Notes: a model not told the origin generated them from the letters alone. Counted from the stretch's first letter, positions 1 to 12,086 are shown. The stretch: DNA of 64,000 nucleotides from Azolla caroliniana (GCA_043228905.1 JBHGNT010000070.1:62498-126497), one strand, 5' to 3'. Translations and numbers: made by a program.

Positions 1-2128
1 AAGCAATGTTTTGACACCTTCATAGATAAAAGAAGACGAAATGATCAGAGTTATAATTTGGATCAGTGCATAGTCACAAATGAATCTGTTCTAAAAGCAA
101 TATTGGGCATACTCCATGGGAACATTGTGTTTTTCATATACATAATCTAGCAGATCGACTAATTGGGACAACATTGATGCATAAATAAATTACACTGCAA
201 TAGGAACCATAATAAGATCCTACAACTGCAGACCCAAGCTACACATATTGCACAAATTGGGAGTACTCTAATTTCAATTATTTGCTAAGTTACACACATA
301 CGATTCATAACATCTAGATTGACATTTCATTCTGCTGCAATCAAGTCATTATCGATATTTCTCGCTTTATTCTGATTACGATGGCTACGGAGCTAGTCGA
401 GACAACGTCGAGGTTCTTACTGACCAAGTGTTTGACCAAGAGGTAAGAGAACCATAAAGGAGTATAAGATGTGAATAATATTCATGTATGCTGCTTTTCT
501 GCATAATGCGAAAGTAATTGATAGCAGAAAGATAAACTCTTTGGTACCTGATGGCAAAAGCTTCTATATTTATTGCAAGTTGCGGTGAGATAATATATAT
601 AGAAAGATATATAAATTCCACTCGGTGAATACGAGAGTAACGTTTGAATCCGGTTGGAGTCTTGACGGCAATGTCCCTTGAAATGTCATAAGAAAGAAAC
701 AATGTTGTGCTTGACAACAGCAAATTACTGAGAACAACGTGGCGAAAGGAAAGTTTCGTCCATCTTCCATTTAACAACATCGTACACTCTTATCATTATG
801 TTTCCTTCAGAACGCAACTTTCTTCCGCAAACTCTTCCAGATCATACTAATCATTTACGTTGTACGTCTTTTTGTGCTGAATTGTCCTTCTGTAAGCAGC
901 AAAATGCAACGGCAATGGATTGATGATGAGTAGATCAGATTAAATAGCAAGGTCCTGGAAATGTGATCGAATAAGAGAATCTAATGCTGAAAACCTAGGT
1001 TCTTGGGGACGAACACAGAGAAAAGAAAAGCTTCGTCGCACATATATAAATCACTAAAGGAGCAAACTAAACGATTTTCTATCTTGTGTATACGGCAGAT
1101 CAATGCATAACAAAGAATGTTGAAGATCCTGGATCAAGGATGGAGAGGCGTTATGACACGGAGACACAGAGAAAAGCCACTGTCTAATAATCAACAAGCC
1201 CCATAACTGCAGCAGGTTCTGCGGTATAGAGTTAATTGTTCACACGGAAAATGGTGCACTCCTAACAGTTCCTCCCATTCTCAAATAATCTCAAAGCTCA
1301 CACTCTAGACTCTTACCAAGATTTCTAGATAATGCCAGCTCTTTGAATCTTTGACCGTATTTTAACGCGTTTTTGGGAAAATTCCCCTTCGATTGCCACG
1401 TGTACTACGCATTATTGCACAAAAGTTCCGAATCATGCTATTTATTTGATGTTTAGCTCGTTTCTGATCGAGTTCTTCTTCCGTAAGAAGTTAAGTGAGC
1501 GACAACAGAGGAACAGGTCATATAAAATGAAGAAAAGCAGCTGCGAAAAAGGACGTATTCCATACTTACTTGATATTCACTCCTCCTTTCCCCATGAAAG
1601 CTGTGAGGTTATATTGTATCCACGCATCTGCAGCAGCAGCAGCAGAAGAAGAAGAAGAAGAAGAAGCAAAGCTGTGAAGAAATACGTTAGGAATTCCGAC
1701 CATAACCTCGATTCCTGAGCCAGCGAGAGCGTGGAGAGCAGAAGGAATGGCCTCGAGGAGCTTCACCTTAGAAATGATGTTGGAGAGAAGCATTTGAACC
1801 ACATTGCGAGCAGGAACATGGTGAGAAGTGATGTCTCCGCAGTTGAATCCGAGCGCAGAAGCAGGAACCAGAACCAGGGTTTGAGGAGGAGAAAGAAGGA
1901 GAAACAGGAAAAAGATGATGACGGAAGGAAGGAATGGGAGCGGGAGGCAGTGAAGAGTGTGGAAATGTGGATGGGGATGGAGACGCTGTGGCCAATGCCG
2001 CCATAGCGGATCTGCATGAGAAGGAATGCAAGAAGGAAGTGAAGCACAGAGAAGGAGAAGGAGGAGAAGGTCGATTCGTTTGTCCTTCTTCTTCTTCTTC
2101 TTCTTCTTCTTCTTCTTCTTCTTCGTTC

Positions 2129-2179
<51 letters not shown>

Positions 2180-2186
2180 GTGTATG

Positions 2187-2200
<14 letters not shown>
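1..2200 (-). repeat. Left arm of an inverted segmental duplication (partner 9199-9236 plus 11965-13914)
   Basis: The reverse complement of 1-60 aligns to about 13855-13914 and homology continues to the microsatellites at about 2085-2200. A block of about 190 bp (175-365) is present only in this arm. Confidence 0.95.
1570..2017 (-). pseudogene. GH17 glucan endo-1,3-beta-glucosidase, exon 1 of the left copy (frameshifted; the rest runs off the window start)
   Basis: Translation ...NVVQMLLSNIISKVKLLEAIPSALHALAGSGIEVMVGIPN...ADAWIQYNLTAFMGKGGVNIK matches the plant GH17 N-terminus and ends at a GTAAGT donor. A 4-bp deletion relative to the right copy near 1920 shifts the ATG at 2017 out of frame. 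Confidence 0.8.

Positions 2201-2235
<35 letters not shown>
2085..2235. repeat. Compound microsatellite (CTT)n-(CT)n-(GT)n upstream of the left GH17 copy
   Basis: Directly visible. Confidence 0.97.
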
Positions 2236-2237
<2 letters not shown>

Positions 2238-2377
2238 GGAAAGGGAATAAGGGGGGGGGATGTTTTTTCTTTGTTTCTCTTTTCATTCTTTCGTTTCGTG
2301 TGTCTTTGCATTTGCCCACCTTTGGACGTTACATTTGTTACACACATACATACGGTACATACATATACAAAAATACT

Positions 2378-2591
2378 AAGAAATCGGGCATGGTTGGCGG
2401 CACATGGGTCCGTGAATGTGTACCGGCGCTGCTGTTGCGACGTCCCCTCCCACCTCTGCTCCTTCTCCTTCCATCCCAACTCTTGGTGGACCCACTCCTT
2501 CTCCGACCGCCGCCAAATCCAAGCCTACATCCACCACAGCGTCCTGCCACATGTCCACCTCCACACCCAGGTCGTCTCCATCACGTGGCAG
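2378..2591 (+). pseudogene. Fragment of a type I Baeyer-Villiger/flavin monooxygenase N-terminal region
   Basis: With one +1 frameshift after TGG it reads KKSGMVGGTW/SVNVYRRCCCDVPSHLCSFSFHPNSWWTHSFSDRRQIQAYIHHSVLPHVHLHTQVVSITWQ. This resembles the BVMO pattern GGxWxxNxYPGCxCDVPSHLYSFSFxPNxxWsxxFxxxxEIxxY. The segment is a locally GC-rich island. Confidence 0.75.
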
Positions 2592-2884
2592 CTCCCAGCC
2601 GAGGGACTAACCCGTCATCGTCGGAGAGCTTCGAGAGTGCTTTATATAATGTCATGCTCTCACTATACCACTCATTCACTCTCTACAATCTTGGGGAGTG
2701 GGGAATATCATTATCTATGTGTCATAGAGTGTAACTCCTATGATACATGAGTTATGTTTCAAGCCTCATTAACTATGTGTCATATAATGTAACTCCTATG
2801 ACACTTAATTATATTACATAGTGGTGGTGTGTAACTCACTAGTGTGTTTACACACTAGGATGGGTTGAGCTTGATTCTCAACAA

Positions 2885-3296
2885 AGAGTTAAAGTAGAAT
2901 ATGCGAACAAGCCCGATGTTTGGCGATATATAGAAGGAGGAGGATGTGGTTTGACACGTGTATGGAGAAACTCCGGCCCAAGTTTGGTAGAATGTTCAAC
3001 TACGGACGTGTTGACAATATCAATATGGTCGAAAGACATTGGTTGTTTATTAAGTATATTGCCTTGAGAGGAAGAATAAACCGATCAATTACCAACCCTG
3101 TGCATGTCTTAATCGGGGACAGTGAAATTGGTGCTTGCATCAGAGGAATGTTCATAGAATGGTATAAGCAATATGTGACGACAAGAAATATGTGAGAGTG
3201 TTCAATTTGCACCTAGTGCAAATTGTAGGGATCAAAGGTCCCAACTTAAAGAGGCTAAGAGGATATTGGAAAGGTATGTCGACTTAAACAATATAT
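2885..3296 (+). mobile_element. Mutator-like (MULE) transposase remnant
   Basis: YGRVDNINMVERHWLFIKYIALRGRINRSITNPVHVL resembles the TxNxxExxxxxLKYxxLxGrxNRxxxxLV segment downstream of the MULE DDE core. It is frameshifted and cut by the LTR at 3297. Confidence 0.55.
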
Positions 3297-4693
3297 TGTG
3301 GTGTGCATGTGTTCCTTTGTGCCACCCTTTTAGCACACCCTTTTTAGCATGCATGTACCTAAGCCAACCCACCCTTTTAGCACACCCTTTTTAGCACGCA
3401 TGTAGCTAAGCCAACCCACCCTTTTAGCACACCCTTTTAGCACACCCTTTTTAGCACGCATGTAGCTAAGCCAACCCAAATGGGTACCTTTGTATAAACT
3501 ATAAATTAAGCAAGGAGTACGAAGATACGTAGGATGGTTTTGATCTCTTATGTGCATTTCACATATTGGTGGAGATGCAGGGTATCAGTCCCCCACATCC
3601 AATAATCCGCCTCTTTCGCGTCGTAGGTATGCATCGCTCTCACCACCATCAATCACTCGACCCACACTATCTTGTTAGTCGACTACCATAGCAGTATCTC
3701 TTCCATTAGCATCGCCTTAGTTCACCAGTTAGACCTCCTGACATCTACCGCTCCCTCCATCTAAGTCCTTTTTGGCGATCACCAACATCTATACCACTCT
3801 CGCATGCAAGCCCATTGCACCATCACCTTAGGCAATCTCACTTTCTCACACCACCTTTATGTCTTGCCCTACCAACTCTTCTCCCTCACCTTACGTTGTG
3901 ATTGGTTCCTCAAGTGTCACGCTACAATTGATTTCACTACCCATTAACTTCTTGTGCCACGAGCTCCCCTAATCCCCCTCCTACACGATAGCCCTCTTGT
4001 CCCCCACCTCAACGAAGTTCAAGAGGTTCTCAATCCACAAGAGCGATTGATCTTTCTCCGCCAATTGATCTTTTCCCCGATCCCCCTACACGATAGCCCT
4101 CATGTCCCCCACCTTAGCCACGTCCAGGTGGGCCTCATTCCACAAAAGTGATTGATCTTTCAGACAAATGGCCTCACCGAATGCCTCAACAAGACCCTCA
4201 AGCAAGAGATGACCACACAAATCAGCCCTTTTCGAGCACTCTATGGGCGTGACCATTGCCTCCCACCAGAATCGTCCATTGATGTCCATTCCAACCCTAC
4301 CATAAATGGATGGTGCCACTTGGGGGCTCTATCTCCAACAAATGCCCCCCCCCCTCATTTGACAAGCCAGCTCCTAAAACCTACAAGTCGCACAACAACG
4401 CTACAAGCACCGAGGAATTTGACTCATTCACCGTAGTTTGTGTCATCAAATCCACCATGTACTTGCTCCAACGTGATTCCAACAGTCGATTCACCTCCTC
4501 CCAAGTTGCCCGCATCAAGCCTTATGCCACCCCAACCCCAACCCCAGCTTCTGACCCTTGTTCCTTCCCCATGTCATAGACCTCCTTGTTTCTCTCAGGG
4601 GGGAAAAGTGGCGTGCATGTGTTCCTTTGTGCCACCCTTTTAGCACACCCTTTTTAGCACGCATGTAACTAAGCCAACCCAATGGGTACCTTT
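3297..4693 (+). mobile_element. Internally deleted Ty3/Gypsy LTR retrotransposon (non-autonomous)
   Basis: 5' LTR TGTGG...TTCACA at about 3297-3563 with internal tandem repeats, followed by PBS TGGTGGAGATGCAGGG (tRNA-Ala-like). Integrase remnants are QTNGLTECLNKTLKQ, SPFRALYGR and VARIKPY. PPT CAGGGGGGAAAA lies at about 4597-4608, then a truncated 3' LTR at about 4608-4693. Confidence 0.8.
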
Positions 4694-6678
4694 ACATCAC
4701 GCATCTTATCCACTTCTTTACAATACATCCAAACCCTAATAGGAACCACATAATGAACAATCAACCATCTAAATAGAATAATCTTCTTTGGAATTTGCAC
4801 AACCAATAGCCATTTCCAAAATGTTGTCATGTGAGTAGGATCCACATTATAAGGCAACCATGTTGTAGCTGTTGTTGGCCAATGGGGTACCCTACGTCTT
4901 ATCATCTCCCTTCCCAATCGAATGGAATCAGCCTAACATTCTCCCCAGAATATGATGTAGGTAGCTAATTCCATTCTCCCAGGTCCCATTCCAATTCACA
5001 TAATGGTTTTTTCCCCACTACCCATAGATCCCACCATGGATGAACATCATTCGGATTAGGGTCAAGGACCCAAACCTTATCTACCTTAGCTAGAATTCTA
5101 ATAGGTTTTAATATAGCCTTAGCCAAACATTCATCTTCCCGGGTAATCATCCCTAATCGTCCATCTTGTAGAACATCATAACTTAAGAAAGTACCATCAT
5201 CTCTAAGGCCACAGACTCCAAGTAAAACCTGAAAATTTGAAATTAATCCCACCCACTTATGACAATTAGAAAGTATATTATCCTGCAAGGGTAACAACAA
5301 CTTCTTTAGCTCATCAACTATCACCTTTCCTCCTCTTATTCCTTTGTACTCTTGTTGAATAATATGAGTAGGGTTGTGAACAAATTGTTGCTAATTACTA
5401 AGTGATGAAGCAAAAGATGAATCCACTTGAGCCCAATTTAATGTGACTCTCCTCTCCAACATAGGTCCTTCAACATCTAGAAATAAAAGATTCTGAACCA
5501 AGGGTTGATGTAACCATTCATCCATCGAAGTGGGTTGGAATTGTTGCAAATTATCCATTATGGACCACCATGCTCACTTTATCGCAGCGAAGAATCTATC
5601 ATTTTGAAACACTATCTTATGCTAATGGAAGTTAGGAATAAACCACTATCTGAGAGACCTTGACCATTCACCTCCAGTTTTCGGGAAGACCTCTTTCATT
5701 CGCAACTGAAGAAGCATCTTCCAGGGCTCATTTCCTGGCAGTAATCCTCGTACTATAACTTTTGCCAATGATTCCTTACATTTCATCAGAGGATCTACCA
5801 AACCTAAACCCCCCTTGAGAAGTCGGTGATATAATAGTTTTCCAAGCTACATTTGGTCTAACATTCTTAAAATCAGTAGATCCCCATAAAAAATTTCTAA
5901 TCAATCTCTGTAACTTTAACAACAAAGATCTGGAGAATAACCAAGAGGATAGAATATACCACATTGAGGAGAGTAATACTTGATTAGAAATAACTAGCCT
6001 CCCTGCAAGTGACAAATTCTTAGTACTTCAGAAAATCAATTTCTTCTTCAAAGAAAGTAGTAATGGTTGTATATTAGCTTCTAGAGGAAGATTAATTCCC
6101 ACTTGGCACCCTAAATATCTCACAAGAGAGCCCTTTGGTATCCATCGGAATCCACTGTCTGGACACCAAGTAGGAATAAGACCTTCCCCAACCCAAAATC
6201 CCACTAATTTATGCCAATTAATAATAGCACTTGAAGCATCACAAAAGTCATGGATCACATTTTGCACATTATAGAGATTTCTGTCATATCTTACAACGTA
6301 TAATGTTGTATCATCTGCAAATTCACACTCTAACATAGCCTCCTCCACACTTGGCAATTGTATTCCTTTAATAGATAACCTATTCTTATGCAAGAATGCA
6401 CTAAAGGCTTCTCCCACAAATAGAAATAAACATGGAGCCAAAGGACATCCTTGTGTCACCAATCTAGTAATTGAAAAAGTATTACCTAGTGCTCCTCCAA
6501 CAAGAACTCGACTAGATGTGGAATTATATAATGCAAAAACAACCTTAACATAGTCACTTGGAAGACCTAGATGACCCATAACTTCATATAAGAAATTCCA
6601 ATCGACTCTGTCATATGCTTTCTCAAAATCCAAAAGCAATATTGTCAATTCTTGTTTTGTTTCTTGCACTATTGCTAT
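4694..6678 (-). mobile_element. Degenerate plant L1-clade LINE (RT and C-terminal region)
   Basis: Motifs LLLDFEKAYDRVDW, QGCPLAPCLF, FADD, VRYLG and SLAGRLVISNQVL are present, with frameshifts and stops. The 5' side is cut by a Copia LTR. Confidence 0.9.
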
Positions 6679-6725
6679 TGTAAGGAATCGGGTGGAAGAA
6701 CTGTGTGTGCGTGTGTGCGTGTGTG

Positions 6726-6756
<31 letters not shown>

Positions 6757-8985
6757 CAAGGTTACAAAAAACAGAAAATTGTATTACAAGAAAAATAAGA
6801 ATGACCAACGACAACTAAGTTACAAGGGGTTGGTTTAAATACCATCTAGTCTCTAAGGGCAACTGTCCTTTCTACTATTGACAATACTAGCCTCGTAAGA
6901 TGTCCATTGGCTAGCGTGAACACTATCTTTATGGGAAGTTGAGTTCGGTTCTCAACACACCCCTTCGAACACAACTTGCGGATGTTGAAAAGTTGGTTTG
7001 GTTCGATTCTTGAAAAACTTTGATTCGACTGATGCATCGGTTTTCGAAAGGTTAGTCGACACGGCTTGCTCCTTGTTCAGCTCGATTATCATCGTACTTC
7101 GACTTTTCTAGTCAGCTTCGATCGACTGATCGGCTACTATTATTTTTCGGTACTCCCTCTCAAGCACAACTAGTCAGTGAGCGAGAGACCAAGGCTCGTC
7201 GCGAACTTCCGCAACTTGTCGATACCCACGGCTTTTGTGAAGATGTCAGCCACCTAAAGGTTCGTGTTGTTGTGCTATAAATCGACATCTCCAACTTGAA
7301 TGCACTCTCGGATGAAGTGGTAGTGAACTTCGATATGTTTAGTCCGCACGTGGAATATAGGGTTCCGAGCTAGGTAGATACTGCTCATGTTGTCACAATA
7401 TAGGACCATCGGATCCTTGATGGGAATGCCCAGATCCTTCAAAATGCGGCTTTATCTCCAACAAATGCTCCCCCTCATTCAACAAGCCGGCTCCTGAAAC
7501 CTACATGTCGCACAACAATGTTAGAAGCATTGAGGAATTCGACTCGCTCACCGTAGTTCGTGCATTAATTTTTGTGTTCATCTTCTCGGCCCTTGGTATG
7601 ATGGATAAATCCAAGCCACTAAACTCACTATCGGGTGAGTGTTTCGATTCGATTCCCACAGAGTCTTCGTACTCAGGCATTTTGGCCTTCCCTTTGTCCA
7701 TCTTCGGACTCGACCGTGACATGCTTTGGTCACTCGGGGGCTCCTATGGTCCACTCAACCTAGTTGAGACTGGACTCTCTTCTTATTTGAGCCTTAGTCG
7801 GTCGTCCTCCTCCGAGGCATTATCGAAATCGGTTTCGATTGGATGATCGGATGAATACGACATCCTTGCTCACTCGCACCTTTTTGGTGGATGGGTTGAA
7901 GCACTTATACCCCTTCTGTTCGAGCGAGTACCCCACAAGGATACACTTCTCCGATTTCGGATCGAGCTTTTGTTGCTTATCATCGGGAATGTGTACAAAT
8001 GCGATCGAGCCAAATATCCGGACGTGGGACAAGTTCAGCTTCTTTTTGTAGAACTTTTCTTAGGGGGTGATATCATGCACTTCGGATGTCGTGCATTAGT
8101 TCATTAGATAGAAGGTCGTGTTCGCCGCTTCAACCCAATACGATTTCGGCAGATGTTTCTCATTCATCATTGCCCGTGCAACCTCGAGTATATCCTAATT
8201 CTTCTGTTTGGCTACACTGTTCTGTTGAGGTGTTTGTTGGCATCTAAATTCTTGTCAAATTCCTTCTTATCGAAGGAATGTTGTGAAGGCATTAGAGAAA
8301 TATTCATTGCCCCCATATGATTGAAGGTATCAGACATGCCAGTTGGTTGTCTTTTCCACTTCATTCTTGAACTTTTGGAAGTGTTTGAACACCGCTCTTT
8401 TGTCGCATCGTGTAGATCTAGGTGTGCCTAGAGAAGTCGTCGATGAATGTGACGTAGTATCAACAACCACCGAATGCCAATACATCCGAATGTACCACAT
8501 ACAGGATCCCTTTGGTCACATTCCTCTCTTTTGGGAATGGTTGTCGGTGTGGTTTGCCGAATTGGTAGGCTTCACATACACCAACTATCTCCTTTTCGAA
8601 AAATGTTGGGAGTCTGATTATGACTCCTTTCGACTGTATTCCTTTAAGCTTTTGGAGATTGATGTGGCCAATTCGTTTGTGTCACAATTTCAAGACAGTT
8701 TCAACTTTGAGGTCTTTGCGAACATGACCGACTTCACCTCGTTCGATTCGAGGATGAACATTCGGCCGTGTCTTCGACCGTGAGCGATAATTCGGCCTTC
8801 CTTTTTGAACCGAACTTGCATGACTTGTTCCACGATTTGGCCAACTGAGACCAGATTCTTCATTATTGTTGGAACATGTAAGACATTTTTTATGTAGGTT
8901 TGATTCCCTTCTTCGCCGAATGGGACATTGCCGACATGTTGAATGGGGTGTATCGTGTCATTCCCGGTTTCAACATAGTCGGGTC
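6679..8985 (-). mobile_element. Truncated Ty1/Copia element (integrase, RNase H, 3' LTR; RT deleted)
   Basis: The 3' LTR at about 7152-6679 ends TTCCTTACA and follows PPT TTGAGAGGGAG. RNase H reads LYCDNMSSIYLARNPIFHVRTKHIEVHYHFIRE. The post-integrase segment reads IFGSIAFVHIP..KLDPKSEKCILVGYS. Confidence 0.9.
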
Positions 8986-9198
8986 CATTGTTGTAAAATA
9001 CTTAGCATAAAATACGCGTAGAATACATATTCTAAGTATTCTACAAGTATTCTAACTTTTAAAAAAAAATACTTAGAATACGTATTTTATAGATAGAATG
9101 CGTTCAATACGTTAAATAGTTAGAATACGTGTAAAATACTAGGAATACGTTTAGAATACTTGGAATACGTTTAGAATACTTAGAATACATGTAGAATA
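8986..9198 (+). mobile_element. Possible hAT-type transposon/MITE terminus with AGAATAC subterminal repeats
   Basis: Starts CATTGTTGTAAAATAC exactly where Copia homology stops and contains many direct and inverted AGAATAC/GTATTCT motifs. No second end is visible. Confidence 0.45.
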
Positions 9199-9235
9199 CA
9201 CACACACTGTACAGATACACATACACATACAGAGA

Positions 9236-11961
9236 GAAAGAAAGAAGAAGAAAGAAAGATATATTAACGTCTTCTAAGGCCAAAATTGGCCCATGAGACA
9301 AATGGTGTACAACAAAAATGGGATATTTACCCATTCATCGAAAGTAAAAATAAAAATAAGATAAAATAGAGTTTAAGCTAAATAGTTCTAAGAAAACAAC
9401 AAACATGTTCTATATAAAAAAAACATGTTCTACAATGAGAATGATTCTATACTAGGCCTAATTTCATTTCCATCCAAGTCTCTCGAAGAGAAGCGGGGGG
9501 TCAAAGGGTTGCCATGATGTGGATGTGGCCCGTGGTCCCCATGTAAGAGGTACCCCAACCATAGCTTCGAGTCGACGTAGCTCACGTTCCCTTATCTTCT
9601 TAATCTTTTCTACTCCACGTTGACTTGTGTTGAAGCCCAACATCCGAGGACGTTTGGTTGCTCTTTGTATTTCTGCTTCCTCAAGGGAGAGGCCGAGCGG
9701 CATAAGTGTATCCACATTCATCGTCTCCCCATGTTCCTGAAAAATTACACTAGGTACATGTTGATGAGTAGTAAAAGGGTTATGATTAACACTTTGTAAT
9801 TTATCCTCCCTATGTTGTTTTAGCTCTAAGATATACCTACCTAGTCTCTTTACACTCGGGGTATCTAATAGTTTGGAGAGGGTGGGAGAGGGTCCTAGTA
9901 TGTCTTGGTATTCCGCCCGTATCTCGGCATAAGTTGGGCACTTGCATGTGAAGTGATACTCATCCTCTATCTCTATGTGGCATAACCTACATAGCCTTTC
10001 CTCTCTAAGGACTCTATTAGCTCGACCATTCTCAATCTCAAGTTGGTGAGATGATATCCTAAGTTGTCCAATGGCCACCCTTAGTGCATTTGATAAGAAA
10101 GTATCTAGGTATCTTGGTCGTGTAATAAACCCTAACTTAGAGAAGTGCAAGAAGTGTTCCTTATAGTACACCATTTTAGATGGGAGTGGCACTCGTGGGG
10201 TGATCCATTTGTATCGAGTGTAGATTTGCCATATTTCTTGGCGTATCACTTTATTACGATCTTCACGAGAGATTAAAGTTTGATCAGTCCCATGGTTGTA
10301 CTTAAGGGGAGGTAGGTTATTAATGTCTATGCCATTTGCAAATAACCAACTCACCACAATGCTATACCAAGAGTTGGTGTCTCCAGACACATGTAAGGAT
10401 CGGGATGCCTCAAAGGCTCGACGGGATATCCTATCTTGTGGTTGACTATGTATCCGATGAATAAAAGCTACCACTTGAAAGAGTGCTTCTACTAACATCG
10501 GGGGTAGGCTAAACTCCGCTCTAATAATGTCATGTGGTACTGTCGATTTGCTTCGGAGTTGACGTGATAACATCACCACTAAAGGTCTCTCCAATTGCGT
10601 CCACATGAAAGATGGTAGACCTGGAGCCCATACTACTGATGCATACATGAGGGACGGGGTCACTAATGAGTCGAAAAGCCATCCCTTAGTCCGTGGCTCT
10701 TGAAAGTATGCTTGGTGGCATTGTCTCTCTAAGAGTGAGAGGGATGCATATCCTCTCGTTAGCCTATCTTTGGCTGCCTGGGTCATCGAGAATTTACCTG
10801 AGCGAGCACTAAAAGTGACTCCCAAGTATACATAAGATCCCACCACCTCAACTAGTTTATGAGAGAGGATGAGGTGACATTTACTCCTAACTCTGGGCGA
10901 TGTATGAAAGATAAGGACTTTAGTTTTCGCTAGATTCACTACCAGTCCTCGTTGTGTACAAAAGTCATCTAGGGCATTAAGATGCTTTTGTAGGTCGTGT
11001 TCCGACTCCGAGAGCAAGACAATGTCGTCTGCGTAGAGTAAGAGACTAACTTGCGTATCCCCAATAGCCACTCCTTTGCCTCCCTTACGAGCAATAAAAT
11101 CAGTGATCTCATCAATGTAGATCCCAAAAAGAGTCGGTGATAGGGGGCAACCCTGTTTTACACCAATGGTGCTAGTGAAACAATCGGATAGGCCACCTGG
11201 GCATCTTACGCGCCCATAGACTTGCTCATATAGGGCATAAATGGCCCAAATCATGTCATTTGGTATCTCCAAGCTCTTAAGTCTATCAAACAACCTCTCC
11301 CTAGGTACTGTATCAAAGGCTTTGCGAAAGTCCACAAAGCAACAATATAGTTTCTTCTTACGAGCCTTTGTTTGGTCAATTAAGCACCTAAGTGTGAAGA
11401 TGTGGTCAATAGTGGAGAAGGCTCGTCTAAAGCCAGCCTGCTCAGGTGCTCGAAGACTTAATGTTTCCATATAATCACTGAGCTCCGCTTCCATTACTGC
11501 ACCATATAGTTTAGCAAGCGTATGACCTATCATAATGGTCCTATATGTATTTGGGTCCATTGGGTCCCCTCCTTTATGTATAGGGGCCACAGTGTTCATG
11601 GCCCATTGTGGTGGAAAACCCTCGGCGAGGGCGCGGTTGAAGATTAGAGTGAGAAGGGGAGCTAGGCACTCTCGAGCATATATGATGTGCTCGGCTCGCA
11701 ATCCTGTGTGGTCCATGGATTTCCTATGTTGTAATTTTTTTATGACCTTCGTGACCCTAGAGGTCGTGAAAAGTGTCCCCATGGTAGGTCGAGGTGTGGA
11801 GGGCATTGGAATGGGTGGTTGGTTCGGGACATGGTAAAGTCTCTCGGTATATGTGTGCCAAATATTGGGATCCTCGATGGGTGTTTGTGGTCTCGGTTCC
11901 CGTAGTCTCTTCCATGCAAGGGCACAATCCCTACTCATGAGCATATGGTAGAGTTCCCAAT

Positions 11962-11964
<3 letters not shown>
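9236..11964 (-). mobile_element. 5'-truncated non-LTR retrotransposon (RTE-X-like LINE) with an uninterrupted 826-aa RT ORF (9464-11944)
   Basis: RT motifs CFVDFRKAFD, GVKQGCPLSPTLF and LLYADD, plus C-terminal ERLCRLC..EDEYHFTCKCPTY. No APE domain is present. The 3' end reads GGCCAATTTTGGCC..GACGTTAATATATC(TTTC)n. Clade assignment is inferred. Confidence 0.92.
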
Positions 11965-12010
<46 letters not shown>

Positions 12011-12086
12011 AAGAAGGAGGAGAAACGAATCGACGTTCTAGTCCTCCTCCTTCTCTGTGCTTCACTTCCTTCTTGCATTCCTTCTC

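Noticed and set aside
385-780. 131-aa ORF conserved with 13325-13690
   Set aside because: It lies in intron 1 of the duplicated GH17 gene. Conservation is explained by the recent duplication, and no domain is recognisable.
1763-2479. Long ORFs crossing the (CTT)/(CT)/(GT) tracts, and similar ORFs at 11931-12340, 25472-26037 and 55158-55683
   Set aside because: The frames stay open only because microsatellites lack stop codons. The real signals inside them (GH17, BVMO, UFL1) are listed separately.
2827-2858. Hairpin followed by CTAG as a Helitron 3' end
   Set aside because: The stem is imperfect and directly abuts the CTAG rather than lying about 10 nt upstream, and no 5' TC end could be assigned.
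3567-3590. tRNA-like sequence TGGTGGAGATGCAGGG
   Set aside because: Only a short antisense match to a tRNA 3' end directly after an LTR. It is a primer-binding site, not a tRNA gene.
9464-11944. Intact 826-aa RT ORF as a domesticated stand-alone reverse transcriptase gene
   Set aside because: Its first Met aligns to an internal position of the sister LINE ORF2, and it retains a LINE 3' tail. A recent 5'-truncated insertion is the simpler explanation.
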